Shown here: in pieces, positions 39,455-48,625 of the stretch
Layout of the letters: each line of letters starts with the position of its first letter
Position numbering within the stretch: the stretch's first letter is position 1
DNA from: an uncultured Acidobacteriota bacterium
GTDB lineage: Bacteria; Acidobacteriota; Thermoanaerobaculia; UBA5066; Gp7-AA6
DNA: 64,000 nt
Direction: 5' to 3'
Assembly: GCA_963764715.1 (NCBI GenBank)
Contig: CAVXTP010000015.1
Span: 32,001 to 96,000, forward strand
The notes under the pieces: model-generated
Told to the model about the DNA's origin: nothing
What the model saw: only the letters and a program-made list of their open reading frames with translations
The model's database searches: none
Program-made: the position numbers and the translations under genes

Positions 39455-40404
39455 CCCTCGGCCCCCCCCTCTCCCCCGACCTTCGACGCGACACGGTGCG
39501 CGCGGCCGACGAGCTGGGGCACGCTCGTTTTCCTGCGCTCGCAGTACGCGGCGAGCTCGTCGACGAGGCGGCCGGACACGCCTGGGTCCTTGAAGTTGGC
39601 GGTGCCGACCTGGACGGCGGTCGCGCCGGCGGCCAGGAACTCGAGCACGTCCGAGAGGTCCGAGATCCCGCCGATGCCCATGATCGGCACGTCGGGCATC
39701 GCCTTGTGCACCTGGTAGACCATGCGGACGGCCAGCGGCCGGATCGCGGGCCCGGAGAGGCCGCCCGTCCCGAAGGACGTCCGCGGCTTCGCGGTCTCCG
39801 GGTCGATGACCATGCCGACGAACGTGTTCACGAGCGAGAGGATGTCGGCGCCGCCCTCGCGCGCCGCCCGCGCCGACTCGACGAGGTCGGGGGCGTTCGG
39901 GGAGAGCTTCACGACGAGCGGCCGCTCCGTGGCGGCGCGGACCTTCGCGACGAGCGAGCGCGTCAGCTCCGGTGAGTTGCCGAAGAGCATTCCGCCCCGC
40001 TGCACGTTGGGACACGAGATGTTCAGCTCCACGGCCGCGATCCCTTCGGCGCCCTCGAGCGCCCGGACGACCGTGACGTAGTCCTCCTCGAGATCGCCCC
40101 AGACGTTCGCGATCACGGTCGCGCCGAGCGAGCGCAGCTTCGGGAGCTTCTCGGCGAGGAACGCCTCGACGCCCACGTTCTGCAGGCCGATCGCGTTGAG
40201 CATCCCGCCCGGCGTTTCGCAGATCCGCGGCGGCGCGTTGCCGGCGTGCGGCTTCAGCGACAGGCCCTTGGTGCAGAGGCCGCCGATCTTCGCGAGGTCC
40301 ACGAAGTCGGCGAAGTCGAGGCCGTAGCCGAAGGTGCCCGACGCGGTCGTGATCGGGTTCGCGAGGGTCAGCGGACCGAGGCGGACTAAGAGGGGGCTAG
40401 TCAT
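39451..40404 (-). CDS. pyrD: Dihydroorotate dehydrogenase, family 1B catalytic subunit
   Basis: ASGTFG, NAIGLQN, ELNISCPNV, KLSPN, GGLSG. Confidence 0.95.
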   Translation of the reverse strand: MTSPLLVRLGPLTLANPITTASGTFGYGLDFADFVDLAKIGGLCTKGLSLKPHAGNAPPRICETPGGMLNAIGLQNVGVEAFLAEKLPKLRSLGATVIANVWGDLEEDYVTVVRALEGAEGIAAVELNISCPNVQRGGMLFGNSPELTRSLVAKVRAATERPLVVKLSPNAPDLVESARAAREGGADILSLVNTFVGMVIDPETAKPRTSFGTGGLSGPAIRPLAVRMVYQVHKAMPDVPIMGIGGISDLSDVLEFLAAGATAVQVGTANFKDPGVSGRLVDELAAYCERRKTSVPQLVGRAHRVASKVGGEGGAEG

Positions 40405-40419
40405 TCCCACGGCTCATCA

Positions 40420-40515
40420 GGGCGGGGACAAGCCCCGCCCCTACGACGGCGGACGGCGATACGGTGCAACCGGAGCCCCGGGCTCCGGTCGTAGGGGCGG
40501 CCCTTGTGGCCGCCC
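40420..40515. repeat. GTAG-family REP pair (back-to-back) with internal hairpin
   Basis: GGGCGGGGACAAGCCCCGCCCCTAC and GTAGGGGCGGCCCTTGTGGCCGCCC. Confidence 0.85.
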
Positions 40516-40530
40516 GCCCCGGTCCGCGGG

Positions 40531-41319
40531 TCACCACTTGATCTTCTCCGGCGCCAGGATCGGGCCCTCGCTGCACGAGACGATGAACGGCTTCTCGGTC
40601 CCGGGAATCACGCATCCCAGGCACGCGCCGAAGCCGCATCCCATCTCGGCCTCCGTCGAGAACTCCGCGGGAACTCCGGCCTTCGCGACGACCTTCGCGA
40701 GCGAGGCGAACATCGGCATGGGCCCGCAAGCGTAGACGCGCGCGTAGGTCGTCCCGGCATCGAGCCGGCGGGCGAGCGCCTCGGTCACGAAGCCCTTCTC
40801 GCCGAGCGAGCCGTCGTCGGAGGCGAGGACCGTCTCGCCGCGCACGATCCCGTCGAAGCGCGAACGGATCGACAGCTCGCGCTCGTTCCGGCCCCCGAGG
40901 TACAGGTCGGCCGGGACGCCGGCCGTGCGCAAGGCCTTCAGCAGCAGCGGGAAGGGCGCGGCGCCGATGCCGCCGGCGACGATCGCGACCCGGGAGCCGC
41001 GCGGAAGATCCGAAAGGCCGAAGGCGTTGCCGAGCGGGCCGAGAAGGCGGACGGAGGACCCCTCGGGCAGCTCCTCGAGGGCCGCGGTGCCCGCGCCGAT
41101 CGTCTTGATCAGGAGCTCCACGGTTCCCGGCAGCGCCTCCGCGTCCGCGACCGAGTACGCCCGGCGCAGGTAGGGCCGCAGCCGGTCGGGGACCTCGAGC
41201 ATGACGAACTGTCCGGGAGAGATGGCGGCAGCCAGCGGGGGGCAGCGGAAGGTCACGGAAAAGAGGCCGGGCGAGAAAACGTGGCGCCGGAGGAGCGTCG
41301 CTCGGTGGTCAGCTTTCAC
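40531..41319 (-). CDS. pyrK: Dihydroorotate dehydrogenase electron transfer subunit
   Basis: PGQFVML, RRAYS, GPLG, AGGIG, CGP, MGCGFGACLGC..C [2Fe-2S] motif. Confidence 0.9.
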   Translation of the reverse strand: MKADHRATLLRRHVFSPGLFSVTFRCPPLAAAISPGQFVMLEVPDRLRPYLRRAYSVADAEALPGTVELLIKTIGAGTAALEELPEGSSVRLLGPLGNAFGLSDLPRGSRVAIVAGGIGAAPFPLLLKALRTAGVPADLYLGGRNERELSIRSRFDGIVRGETVLASDDGSLGEKGFVTEALARRLDAGTTYARVYACGPMPMFASLAKVVAKAGVPAEFSTEAEMGCGFGACLGCVIPGTEKPFIVSCSEGPILAPEKIKW

Positions 41320-41348
41320 CGAGGCGCGATTCTATCCGCAGTGAAGGA

Positions 41349-41537
41349 TCAGACCTCGATCTCGCCGTTCAAGTCGGTTTCGGGCGACTCGCGGCGCGCT
41401 TTCTCGTGGCACTTTTCACAGAGAAGTCGGCCCTGCACCTCGCCGCCCGGCCGCGCGTAGCTTCCACAGCCGTGACACCGCCGGAGCGCCCGGTGATGGG
41501 CGTCCAAGTCGAGCACCGCTTCCTGGCGTCTGATCAT
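41349..41537 (-). CDS. Small zinc-ribbon protein (62 aa)
   Basis: CHGC..CEKC pair; AAGGA upstream of ATG 41537. Confidence 0.5.
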   Translation of the reverse strand: MIRRQEAVLDLDAHHRALRRCHGCGSYARPGGEVQGRLLCEKCHEKARRESPETDLNGEIEV

Positions 41538-41680
41538 TTCCGTCCTTTCGACTTCGATACACCGATCGATAGAGCACGACTCGTACCCAATCCGCAAACA
41601 CTCAACACACGCGACTTAGCGGCGCGCGCCGCCGGAAGAGTGTCGCCTTCTCAGGCGACCGAGTCCTCCGCCGAGGTCAC

Positions 41681-41737
41681 GTAGGGGCGGGGCTCGACCC
41701 CGCCCGCACGCCGGGCGGCCGCGAGGTCCGCCCCTAC
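41681..41737. repeat. GTAG-family REP pair
   Basis: GTAGGGGCGGGGCTCGACCCCGCCC and GGGCGGCCGCGAGGTCCGCCCCTAC. Confidence 0.8.
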
Positions 41738-41756
41738 GAACACAAAGAGCGCCGGG

Positions 41757-43880
41757 CTAGAACGCCGCGACCTTGTCGAGGGCCTTCCGAACGTGCGACG
41801 CCTGCGGAAGGATGAAGTCCTCGACCCGGGGCTGGTAGGCCACGAACGTGTCGGTCGCCGCCACGCGCTCGACCGGCGCATCCAGATACGAAAACAGCTC
41901 GGAAGAGATTCGGGCCGCGATCTCGGCGCCGTAGCCCCAGGACATCGGGTCTTCGTAGACCACGATCGCGCGGGAGGTCTTCTCGACCGAGGTGACGATG
42001 GCGTCCCAATCATAAGGCGAGAGCGTCCGCAGGTCGAGGATTTCGACCGTCTTCCCGGTCTCCTCGGTGAACGCCTTCGCCGCCTGCCACGAGCGGTACA
42101 CCGTGGCCCCGTAGGTCACGATCGTGACGTCGGCGCCTTCCTGGACGACCGATGCCTTGCCGAAGGGGATCATGTAATCCGGGCCGGGGTAGACGCCCTT
42201 GTTGTGCGTCTGGCGGTAGAGATGCTTGTGCTCCATGAAGATGACGGGGTCGTCGCAGCGGATGGCGGTGCGCAGCAGCCCGTTGGCGTCGAGGGCGTTC
42301 GACGGCATGACGACCCGCAGCCCCGGGTTGTGCGTCATCAACACGGCGCCCGACTGCGAGTGGTAGACCGCGCCGCCGCCGATGTAGCCGCCCGCGGCGA
42401 CGCGCACGACGACGGGGCACGAGAAGGAGTTGCCCGAGCGCCACCGCATGTTCGAGAGCTCGTTGCGGATCTGCATGTAGGCCGGCCAGATGTAGTCGTA
42501 GAACTGGATCTCGACGACGGGCTTCAACCCGCGGACCGCCATTCCGATGGCGCGGCCGAGGATGTTGGCCTCGGCGAGCGGGGAATTGAAGACGCGGTCC
42601 GAGCCGTACAGCCTCTGGAGGCCGGCGGTCACCTTGAAGACGCCGCCCTTGCCCTTGCACTCGTCGAGGACCGTGTCGCGCGACGCGTCGGCCACGTCTT
42701 CGCCGAAGACGACCATGCGCGGGTTCGCCTTCATCTCGTCCTTGAGGCACGCGTTGATGAGGTCGACCATCGTCGTCGGCTGCGCGCCCTCGGCGTACGC
42801 CGGCGAGGTCGAGAACGCCGGGCCCGTCGGATCCACGTCCGGCGAGTAAACGAAGTCGTAGGCGGACTCGGGCTCCGGGATCGGGGCAGCGAGGGCGCGG
42901 TCGGCGGCTTCGTTGATCTCGGCGTCGACCTCCGCGTGGAGCCGCTCGAGCTCCGCGTCGGAGAGCAGGCCCTCGGCGAGGAGGAACTTCGAGAGGCGGT
43001 TGACGGGATCGCGCTCGAGCTCCCGGTCGCGCTCGGCCTTCGGACGATAGTTGGCCTCGTCGTCGGAGAGCGAGTGGCTGTAGGGGCGGATCACGTGGGC
43101 GTGCACGAAGGCCGGGCCCATCCGCTTGCGGCAGTACTCCGCCGCATAGCGCATCGCGTCGTAGGACTCCAGGAAGTCCGTCCCGTCGACCTCGGCGACG
43201 AAGAGGTTCGGGAAGCTCCGCACGAGCTTCGAGATCGATCCGCCGGGGGTGTTGACCTCGACCGGCACCGAGATGGCGTAGCCGTTGTCCTCGATGACGA
43301 ACACCACGGGCAGCTTCAGATTGCTCGCCGAGGAGAGGGCCTCCCAGAACTCCCCTTCGGAAGTCTGCCCTTCACCCCCCGAGACGTAAGCGACCTCGTC
43401 CCTCTGAAAAGAGGAGGCCCCCTCCCCTGCGAGCGCTGGGATCCGGCTCATGCGCCAGCCGGCCTCGGCGGCGCCGACCGCGTGGAGGAACTGCGTCCCG
43501 GTGCACGAAGACTTGGAGATGATGTTCAGCCGCTTGGATCCCCAGTGGGCCGGCATCTGGCGCCCGGCGGAGGCCGGATCGTCCTTCGCCCCGACCGACT
43601 GGAGGAACATCTCGTAGGGGGTGACCCCGAGCTGGAGGACGAGCGCCCGGTCCCGGTAGTAGCCGTCGAACCAGTCGTATCCGGGCTTCAAGACCATGCC
43701 GGCCGCCGTGCCGATCGCCTCGTGGCCGGCGCTGTTGATCTGAAAATAGATCTTGTTCTGGCGCTTGAGCTGGATCTCTTTGTCGTCGAAACGACGGGAA
43801 AGATAGATGTTGCGGTAGGCGGCGATCAGCGCCTGCGGATCGAGGCCGCGGTATCTCTCGGTTCGGACCTCGGTCGCCAT
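41757..43880 (-). CDS. 2-oxoacid dehydrogenase E1 alpha/beta fusion (branched-chain type)
   Basis: [25 protein letters not shown] motif, HSLSDD, FGEDVA, NSPLAE, EIQF, YHSQ. Confidence 0.9.
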   Translation of the reverse strand: MATEVRTERYRGLDPQALIAAYRNIYLSRRFDDKEIQLKRQNKIYFQINSAGHEAIGTAAGMVLKPGYDWFDGYYRDRALVLQLGVTPYEMFLQSVGAKDDPASAGRQMPAHWGSKRLNIISKSSCTGTQFLHAVGAAEAGWRMSRIPALAGEGASSFQRDEVAYVSGGEGQTSEGEFWEALSSASNLKLPVVFVIEDNGYAISVPVEVNTPGGSISKLVRSFPNLFVAEVDGTDFLESYDAMRYAAEYCRKRMGPAFVHAHVIRPYSHSLSDDEANYRPKAERDRELERDPVNRLSKFLLAEGLLSDAELERLHAEVDAEINEAADRALAAPIPEPESAYDFVYSPDVDPTGPAFSTSPAYAEGAQPTTMVDLINACLKDEMKANPRMVVFGEDVADASRDTVLDECKGKGGVFKVTAGLQRLYGSDRVFNSPLAEANILGRAIGMAVRGLKPVVEIQFYDYIWPAYMQIRNELSNMRWRSGNSFSCPVVVRVAAGGYIGGGAVYHSQSGAVLMTHNPGLRVVMPSNALDANGLLRTAIRCDDPVIFMEHKHLYRQTHNKGVYPGPDYMIPFGKASVVQEGADVTIVTYGATVYRSWQAAKAFTEETGKTVEILDLRTLSPYDWDAIVTSVEKTSRAIVVYEDPMSWGYGAEIAARISSELFSYLDAPVERVAATDTFVAYQPRVEDFILPQASHVRKALDKVAAF

Positions 43881-43950
43881 CTCGCCTCCGGCGGCGAATA
43901 TACCAAAGGGGTTCGGAGGGGCCGCGTGGCGCAAGGCACGCGGACGGCAG

Positions 43951-44067
43951 CTAGAAAAGCTTGACGAAGCCCCAGAGCTCGAGGGCCGCCAGGCCCAGCG
44001 TCACGACCAGGAACACGACGGCTTTGACGTCCAGCCTGGGGTCGGAATGCAGATGCTCGGAGCTCAC
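43951..44067 (-). CDS. Small single-pass membrane protein (38 aa), not in ORF track
   Basis: GTG..TAG: [38 protein letters not shown]; mostly G/C third positions. Confidence 0.5.
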   Translation of the reverse strand: MSSEHLHSDPRLDVKAVVFLVVTLGLAALELWGFVKLF

Positions 44068-44161
44068 GGCTTTTTGGGTTGCAGAACTTGTGCCACCGAC
44101 GAGAGTTACGAGTGGAAGGGTCAAAACGTTTACGCCGGCCCCTTGCTATGCTTCGCCTCCC

Positions 44162-45199
44162 ATGAGCTCGGTGCCGGGAGTGCCCTCCTATCCGGGGTTT
44201 CCGCCGCGGCCGGCGCCGCCGGACCTCTCGACGATCGATCCGCGCCTCGACCTCGAGGCCGCGATCCGGAATCTCAAGCGACAAAAAAATGCAGTCCTGC
44301 TGGCCCACTACTACCAGGAAGAGGCCATCCAGGATCTGGCCGACTTCGTCGGAGACTCGCTCGACCTCTCCCGCCGCGCCCAGCAGAGCGACGCGAAGAT
44401 CATCGCCTTCGCCGGCGTGCGCTTCATGGCGGAGACGGCCAAGATCCTCAACCCCACCCGCAAGGTCGTCCTCCCGGACTACGAGGCGGGCTGCTCGCTC
44501 GAAGACTCCTGCCCGCCGGAGGCCTTCCGGCGCTGGCGCGAGGACCACCCGGGCGCGGTCTCGCTGACGTACATCAACTGCTCCGCCGCCGTGAAGGCGC
44601 TCTCGGACATCATCGTGACGTCTTCGAACGCCGAGAAGATCGTCCGCTCGATCCCCGCCGACCAGGAGATCCTGTTCGCGCCGGACAAGCACCTCGGGGG
44701 GTTCCTGGCGAAGAAGCTCGATCGCCCGATGACCCTCTGGCCGGGCACCTGCATCGTCCACGAGCAGTTCTCGGAGCGGGAGATCCTGAAGCTCAAGGCG
44801 AAGCATCCCGACGCGAAGCTCGCCGCGCACCCCGAATGCCCCGAGGCGATCCTCAAGTACGCCGACCACGTCGGCTCGACGCGCTCGATCCTGAACTACG
44901 TGACGACGGCGCAGTTCCGGACGTTCCTCATCGCAACCGAGGAAGGGATCATCCACCAGATGAAGAAGCTCGCGCCCGACCGCGAGTACATCCCGGTCCC
45001 TCCCGACAACGGCTGCCGCTGCAACGAGTGCCCCTTCATGAAGCTCAATACGCTCGAGAAGCTCTACCTGTGCCTGCGCGACGAGCGGCCCGAGATCATC
45101 CTGCCCGAGGATCTCCGCAAGGCCGCCGAGAAGCCGCTGCTCCGAATGCTCGAGCTTGTCCTGAAACCGGACCGCAGGCGACCTAGGGCCAGTACGTAG
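44162..45199 (+). CDS. nadA: Quinolinate synthase A
   Basis: LAHYYQ, GDSL, GVRFMAE, AGCSL, YINCSA, TSSNA, CIVH, HPEC, CPFMK. Confidence 0.95.
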   Translation: MSSVPGVPSYPGFPPRPAPPDLSTIDPRLDLEAAIRNLKRQKNAVLLAHYYQEEAIQDLADFVGDSLDLSRRAQQSDAKIIAFAGVRFMAETAKILNPTRKVVLPDYEAGCSLEDSCPPEAFRRWREDHPGAVSLTYINCSAAVKALSDIIVTSSNAEKIVRSIPADQEILFAPDKHLGGFLAKKLDRPMTLWPGTCIVHEQFSEREILKLKAKHPDAKLAAHPECPEAILKYADHVGSTRSILNYVTTAQFRTFLIATEEGIIHQMKKLAPDREYIPVPPDNGCRCNECPFMKLNTLEKLYLCLRDERPEIILPEDLRKAAEKPLLRMLELVLKPDRRRPRAST

Positions 45200-45350
45200 G
45201 GGCGCCCCTTGCGGGCGCCCCCTCCGCCGCGAATCGAGAAGCGGCACCCGCCTCGGCGCGCCGTGAGAGGGCGGGGGCGGTCCGGCCACCGAAGGCAAAC
45301 CCCCAGCAGTAGGAGACGCCGTCCGCAGGACGGCGACAACCCGCCCCTAC
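45196..45350. repeat. REP pair; second REP carries a 64-nt cargo (45279-45342)
   Basis: GTAGGGGCGCCCCTTGCGGGCGCCCC and GGGCGGG..CCCGCCCCTAC; cargo is 55/64 identical to the array cargo. Confidence 0.8.
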
Positions 45351-45408
45351 GCCCGGGGAAGGACTCGCTCACGTCGACGCGTCCCTGACTCCGATATCCT
45401 CCGCGGCC

Positions 45409-46269
45409 ATGGAGCCCTTGTCCGCCGAGGCGCTCGACGACTGTCTGCGCCGGTTTCTCGCCGAGGACGTGGGCGGCCGGGACGTCACGACGGAGGCGAC
45501 GGTTTCCGCCGGCACCCGCACGCGCGGCGAGCTCGTCGCGAAGTCCGCGTGCGTCGTCTCCGGGTTGCCGGTCGCCCGCCGTGTCTTCGAGCTCCTCGAC
45601 CCGGAGCTCGGCTGGAGCGACGAGGCGGCCGCCGGGGTCGCAGTGACGGCCCCGACGACGCTCGCCCGGCTCTCCGGGCGCGCCCGCGCCATCCTGACGG
45701 CCGAGCGGGTGGCCCTGAACCTCCTCCAGCGCATGTGCGGGATCGCGACGGCGACCCGTCGCTTCGTCGATGCGGTCGCGGGAACGCCCTGCCAGGTCCT
45801 GGACACCCGGAAGACCGCGCCGGGGCTTCGCCCCTTCGACCGGCAGGCCGTCCGGGACGGGGGCGGCCGGAATCACCGGTACGATCTGGCCCACATGGTC
45901 CTCATCAAGGACAACCACCGGCGGCTGGCCGGGGGCGTCGAGCGCGCCGTCGCGGCCGCGAAGGCGCTGGCGCCGGCCGCCCGGCCGCTCGAGGTCGAAG
46001 TGGAGGTCGAGTCCGAAGAGGACCTCGCCCGGGCGCTCTCCGCGGGCGCCGACCGGATCCTGATCGACAACCAGAGCCCCGAGACGGTGGCGCGGTGGTG
46101 CGCCGCGGCCCGCCGCGCCGGCCGCCCGGTCTTCGTCGAGGCCTCGGGCAACATGAACCTCTCGACCGTGCGCGCCTACGCCCTGGCCGGCGTCGACGCG
46201 GTCTCGGTGGGCGCGCTGACGCACTCGGTCGTCGCGGCCGACGTCTCGCTCGAGCTCGACCTCGCATGA
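45409..46269 (+). CDS. nadC: Nicotinate-nucleotide pyrophosphorylase (QPRTase)
   Basis: ERVALN, DTRKT, NHR, IKDNH, EVEV, IDN, EASG, SVGALTHS. Confidence 0.95.
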   Translation: MEPLSAEALDDCLRRFLAEDVGGRDVTTEATVSAGTRTRGELVAKSACVVSGLPVARRVFELLDPELGWSDEAAAGVAVTAPTTLARLSGRARAILTAERVALNLLQRMCGIATATRRFVDAVAGTPCQVLDTRKTAPGLRPFDRQAVRDGGGRNHRYDLAHMVLIKDNHRRLAGGVERAVAAAKALAPAARPLEVEVEVESEEDLARALSAGADRILIDNQSPETVARWCAAARRAGRPVFVEASGNMNLSTVRAYALAGVDAVSVGALTHSVVAADVSLELDLA

Positions 46270-47825
46270 CCGCCGAGACGACCGACGTCCTCGTCCTCGG
46301 CACGGGTGTCGCGGGTTGCACCGCGGCGCTCGCCGCGGCGCGCGACGGCGCCTCGGTCACCCTCGTCACGCGCGCGAACGAAGCCCGCGAGTCCAACACC
46401 CTGTACGCCCAGGGCGGCATCGTCGCGCGGCCCCCCGGCGACTCCCCCGAAAGGCTCGCCGCCGACATCGAGCGCGCCGGCGACGGCATCTGCTCGCCCG
46501 AGGCCGTCGCGCTGATCGCGCGGGAGGGCCCCGATCTCGTCCAGAAGCTCCTCGTCGAGGAGCTCCAGGTCCCTTTCGACCGCGAAGGCGCCGGTTTCCA
46601 CTGGACGCTCGAGGGGGCGCACGGGGTTCCGCGGGTCCTCCACGTCAAGGACGAGACGGGCGCCCCGATCGAACGGGCTCTCGTCGAGGCCTGTCGCCGC
46701 GAGAAGAACATTCGGTGGCTCCTCGAGACGACGGCCGTCGATCTCCTCACCCTGTCCCACGACTCGGTCGATCCGACCGACCGGTATCACCCGCCGGTCG
46801 TCATCGGCGCCCACCTGCTCGAGCGCAAGAACGGCGGCACCGTCACGCCCTGCCTGGCGCGCGAGACCATCCTCGCGACCGGGGGCCTCGGCCAGGTGTA
46901 TCTGCACACGACGAACCCTCCCGGCGCCCGCGGCGACGGCTTCGCGATGGCGCGTCGCGCCGGGGCGCGGTTGCTCAACCTCGAGTACGTCCAGTTTCAC
47001 CCGACGGCGCTCGTCCACGCCAGGGGCCGGCTGCTCCTGACCGAGGCGCTTCGCGGCGAGGGCGCCCGGATCACGGACGCCAACGGCAAGGAGTTCCTGA
47101 GGGAGATCCATCCCGACGGCGAGCTCGCGCCGCGCGACGTCGTCGCCCGCGCGATCCACCAGCGGATGCTGGAACGCGACGAGCCGTACGCCCTGCTCGA
47201 CATCTCGCACAAGAGCGCCGCCTGGGTGGAGCAGCGCTTTCCGACCCTCGTCGCCCGCTGCCGCGAGCTCGGCTTCGACCTGACGGCCGGTCCGGTCCCG
47301 GTCGTGCCGGCCGCGCACTACGCCTGCGGGGGCGTCGCGGTCGACTCCAACGGCCGCACGACCCTCGGGCACCTCCGCGCCGTCGGCGAGGTCTCCTGCA
47401 CGGGCGTGCACGGCGCCAACCGCCTCGCCTCGACGTCGCTCCTCGAAGGGCTCCTCTGGGGTTGGCGCGCCGGGAGGGCCGCCGCGCGGGAGGCCGAGCG
47501 GCTTCGCCCGCGCCCCTACCCGGAGGTGAGGCCGTGGCAGCCGGAGAACGAGCCCGTCGACCCGGCCCTGATCGCGCAGGACTGGATGGTCATCCGCCAC
47601 ACGATGTGGAACTACGTCGGGCTGCTGCGCTCGGAGCGCCGGCTCGACCGCGCCCGCCGCATCCTCGGCGAGCTCCGGGAGGAGATCGAGAACTTCTACC
47701 GGCGCGGCACGATGTCGGACGCGCTCCTCGGCCTGCGCAACGGCGTCCAGACCGCCCTCGCCATCCACCGCGCCGCCTCGGACAACCGCGTGTCCCGGGG
47801 CTGCCATTACAGGGTCGACGGGTAG
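46266..47825 (+). CDS. nadB: L-aspartate oxidase
   Basis: GTGVAG, AQGGI, EGAH, QFHPT, LTEALRGEG, HYACGG, HGANRLASTSL. Confidence 0.95.
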   Translation: MTAETTDVLVLGTGVAGCTAALAAARDGASVTLVTRANEARESNTLYAQGGIVARPPGDSPERLAADIERAGDGICSPEAVALIAREGPDLVQKLLVEELQVPFDREGAGFHWTLEGAHGVPRVLHVKDETGAPIERALVEACRREKNIRWLLETTAVDLLTLSHDSVDPTDRYHPPVVIGAHLLERKNGGTVTPCLARETILATGGLGQVYLHTTNPPGARGDGFAMARRAGARLLNLEYVQFHPTALVHARGRLLLTEALRGEGARITDANGKEFLREIHPDGELAPRDVVARAIHQRMLERDEPYALLDISHKSAAWVEQRFPTLVARCRELGFDLTAGPVPVVPAAHYACGGVAVDSNGRTTLGHLRAVGEVSCTGVHGANRLASTSLLEGLLWGWRAGRAAAREAERLRPRPYPEVRPWQPENEPVDPALIAQDWMVIRHTMWNYVGLLRSERRLDRARRILGELREEIENFYRRGTMSDALLGLRNGVQTALAIHRAASDNRVSRGCHYRVDG

Positions 47826-47867
47826 AGCAAGCACCTCGTCCGTCCCTGGCGCGCCCGAGTGATTCAT

Positions 47868-48006
47868 CCGTTCGCGGCGCGAATAGTCTCCCGACCGAAG
47901 GGAGGGAGGAGGTTCGCGCCGCGGGAGCGAAGCGAACGGCGGGGGTCAGGCGAGCGGTCGAGCCGGCATCCCGGCGAGCCGCTCGCCGGTGCGCAGCAGA
48001 CCCCCG
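47868..48006. other. Highly structured intergenic element (nested hairpins)
   Basis: CGCGGCGCGAA/TTCGCGCCGCG, CTCCC/GGGAG, CGGGGGTC/GACCCCCG and GGCGAGCGG/CCGCTCGCC stems. Confidence 0.5.
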
Positions 48007-48042
48007 GTGTTCGCGGAGCGACGGTATATAGTCCGCGCTGCT

Positions 48043-48612
48043 ATGAGCGTTCTGTACCTGCATTTCGAGACCGACGAACGGGCGTCCCGTCTCGCCAAGC
48101 TCCAGAAGAGCGGCGCCCACGTCGTCGTCGCCGAGCCCCGCTGGCCCGGCTTCTTCGAGCTCGCCAAGCGCGAAAAGCCCTATGCCATCGCGATCGACTT
48201 CTCCCAGGCCCCGTCCCACTCGCTCGAGACCGCGGACTACATGTCCAAGGCCCGGGAGACCAAGGACGCGGCCTACTTCCTGCTCCGCGTGCCGACCGAC
48301 CGGAAAGAGGCCGTCATGAAGCGGCTCCCGAAGGCCGAGCTCGTCACGGAAAACGAGCTTTCCGGACGGCTCGCGCTGATGGAGAAGGAAGCCGCCGAGC
48401 GGGCCCGTCAGAAGAAGGAAGCCGCGGCCGCCGCCAAGAAGGCGGCCCGGGCCGCCGGGGCGGCCGCCAAGGCCGCCGCCGCCGGCAAGCCCTTGAAGCC
48501 CGCCGCGCCGCCCGCCAAGGCGAAGCCCGCGTCGAAGGCCAAGGCCGCGCCCCCGAAGAAGACGGCGAAGAAACCCGCCGCGAAAAAACCCCAGCCCAAG
48601 AAAAAGAAGTAG
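48043..48612 (+). CDS. Receiver-like domain fused to a Lys/Ala/Pro-rich histone H1-like tail
   Basis: N-terminal VLYL..KPYAIAIDF CheY-like pattern; C-terminal AKAKPASKAKAAPPKKTAKKPAAKK; TATAGT 10 nt upstream. Confidence 0.65.
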   Translation: MSVLYLHFETDERASRLAKLQKSGAHVVVAEPRWPGFFELAKREKPYAIAIDFSQAPSHSLETADYMSKARETKDAAYFLLRVPTDRKEAVMKRLPKAELVTENELSGRLALMEKEAAERARQKKEAAAAAKKAARAAGAAAKAAAAGKPLKPAAPPAKAKPASKAKAAPPKKTAKKPAAKKPQPKKKK

Positions 48613-48625
48613 CGAGGAGCCGAGG

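Noticed and set aside
43935-44161. NAD+-I (nadA motif) riboswitch, known from Acidobacteria
   Set aside because: I could not find the motif by eye; a -10 box lies 9 nt before the nadA ATG and the region holds a small opposite-strand ORF. An Rfam search would settle it.
45279-45342. Known self-cleaving ribozyme or glycine riboswitch
   Set aside because: No hammerhead CUGANGA/GAAA core and no full HDV, twister or glycine consensus; only short coincidental matches.
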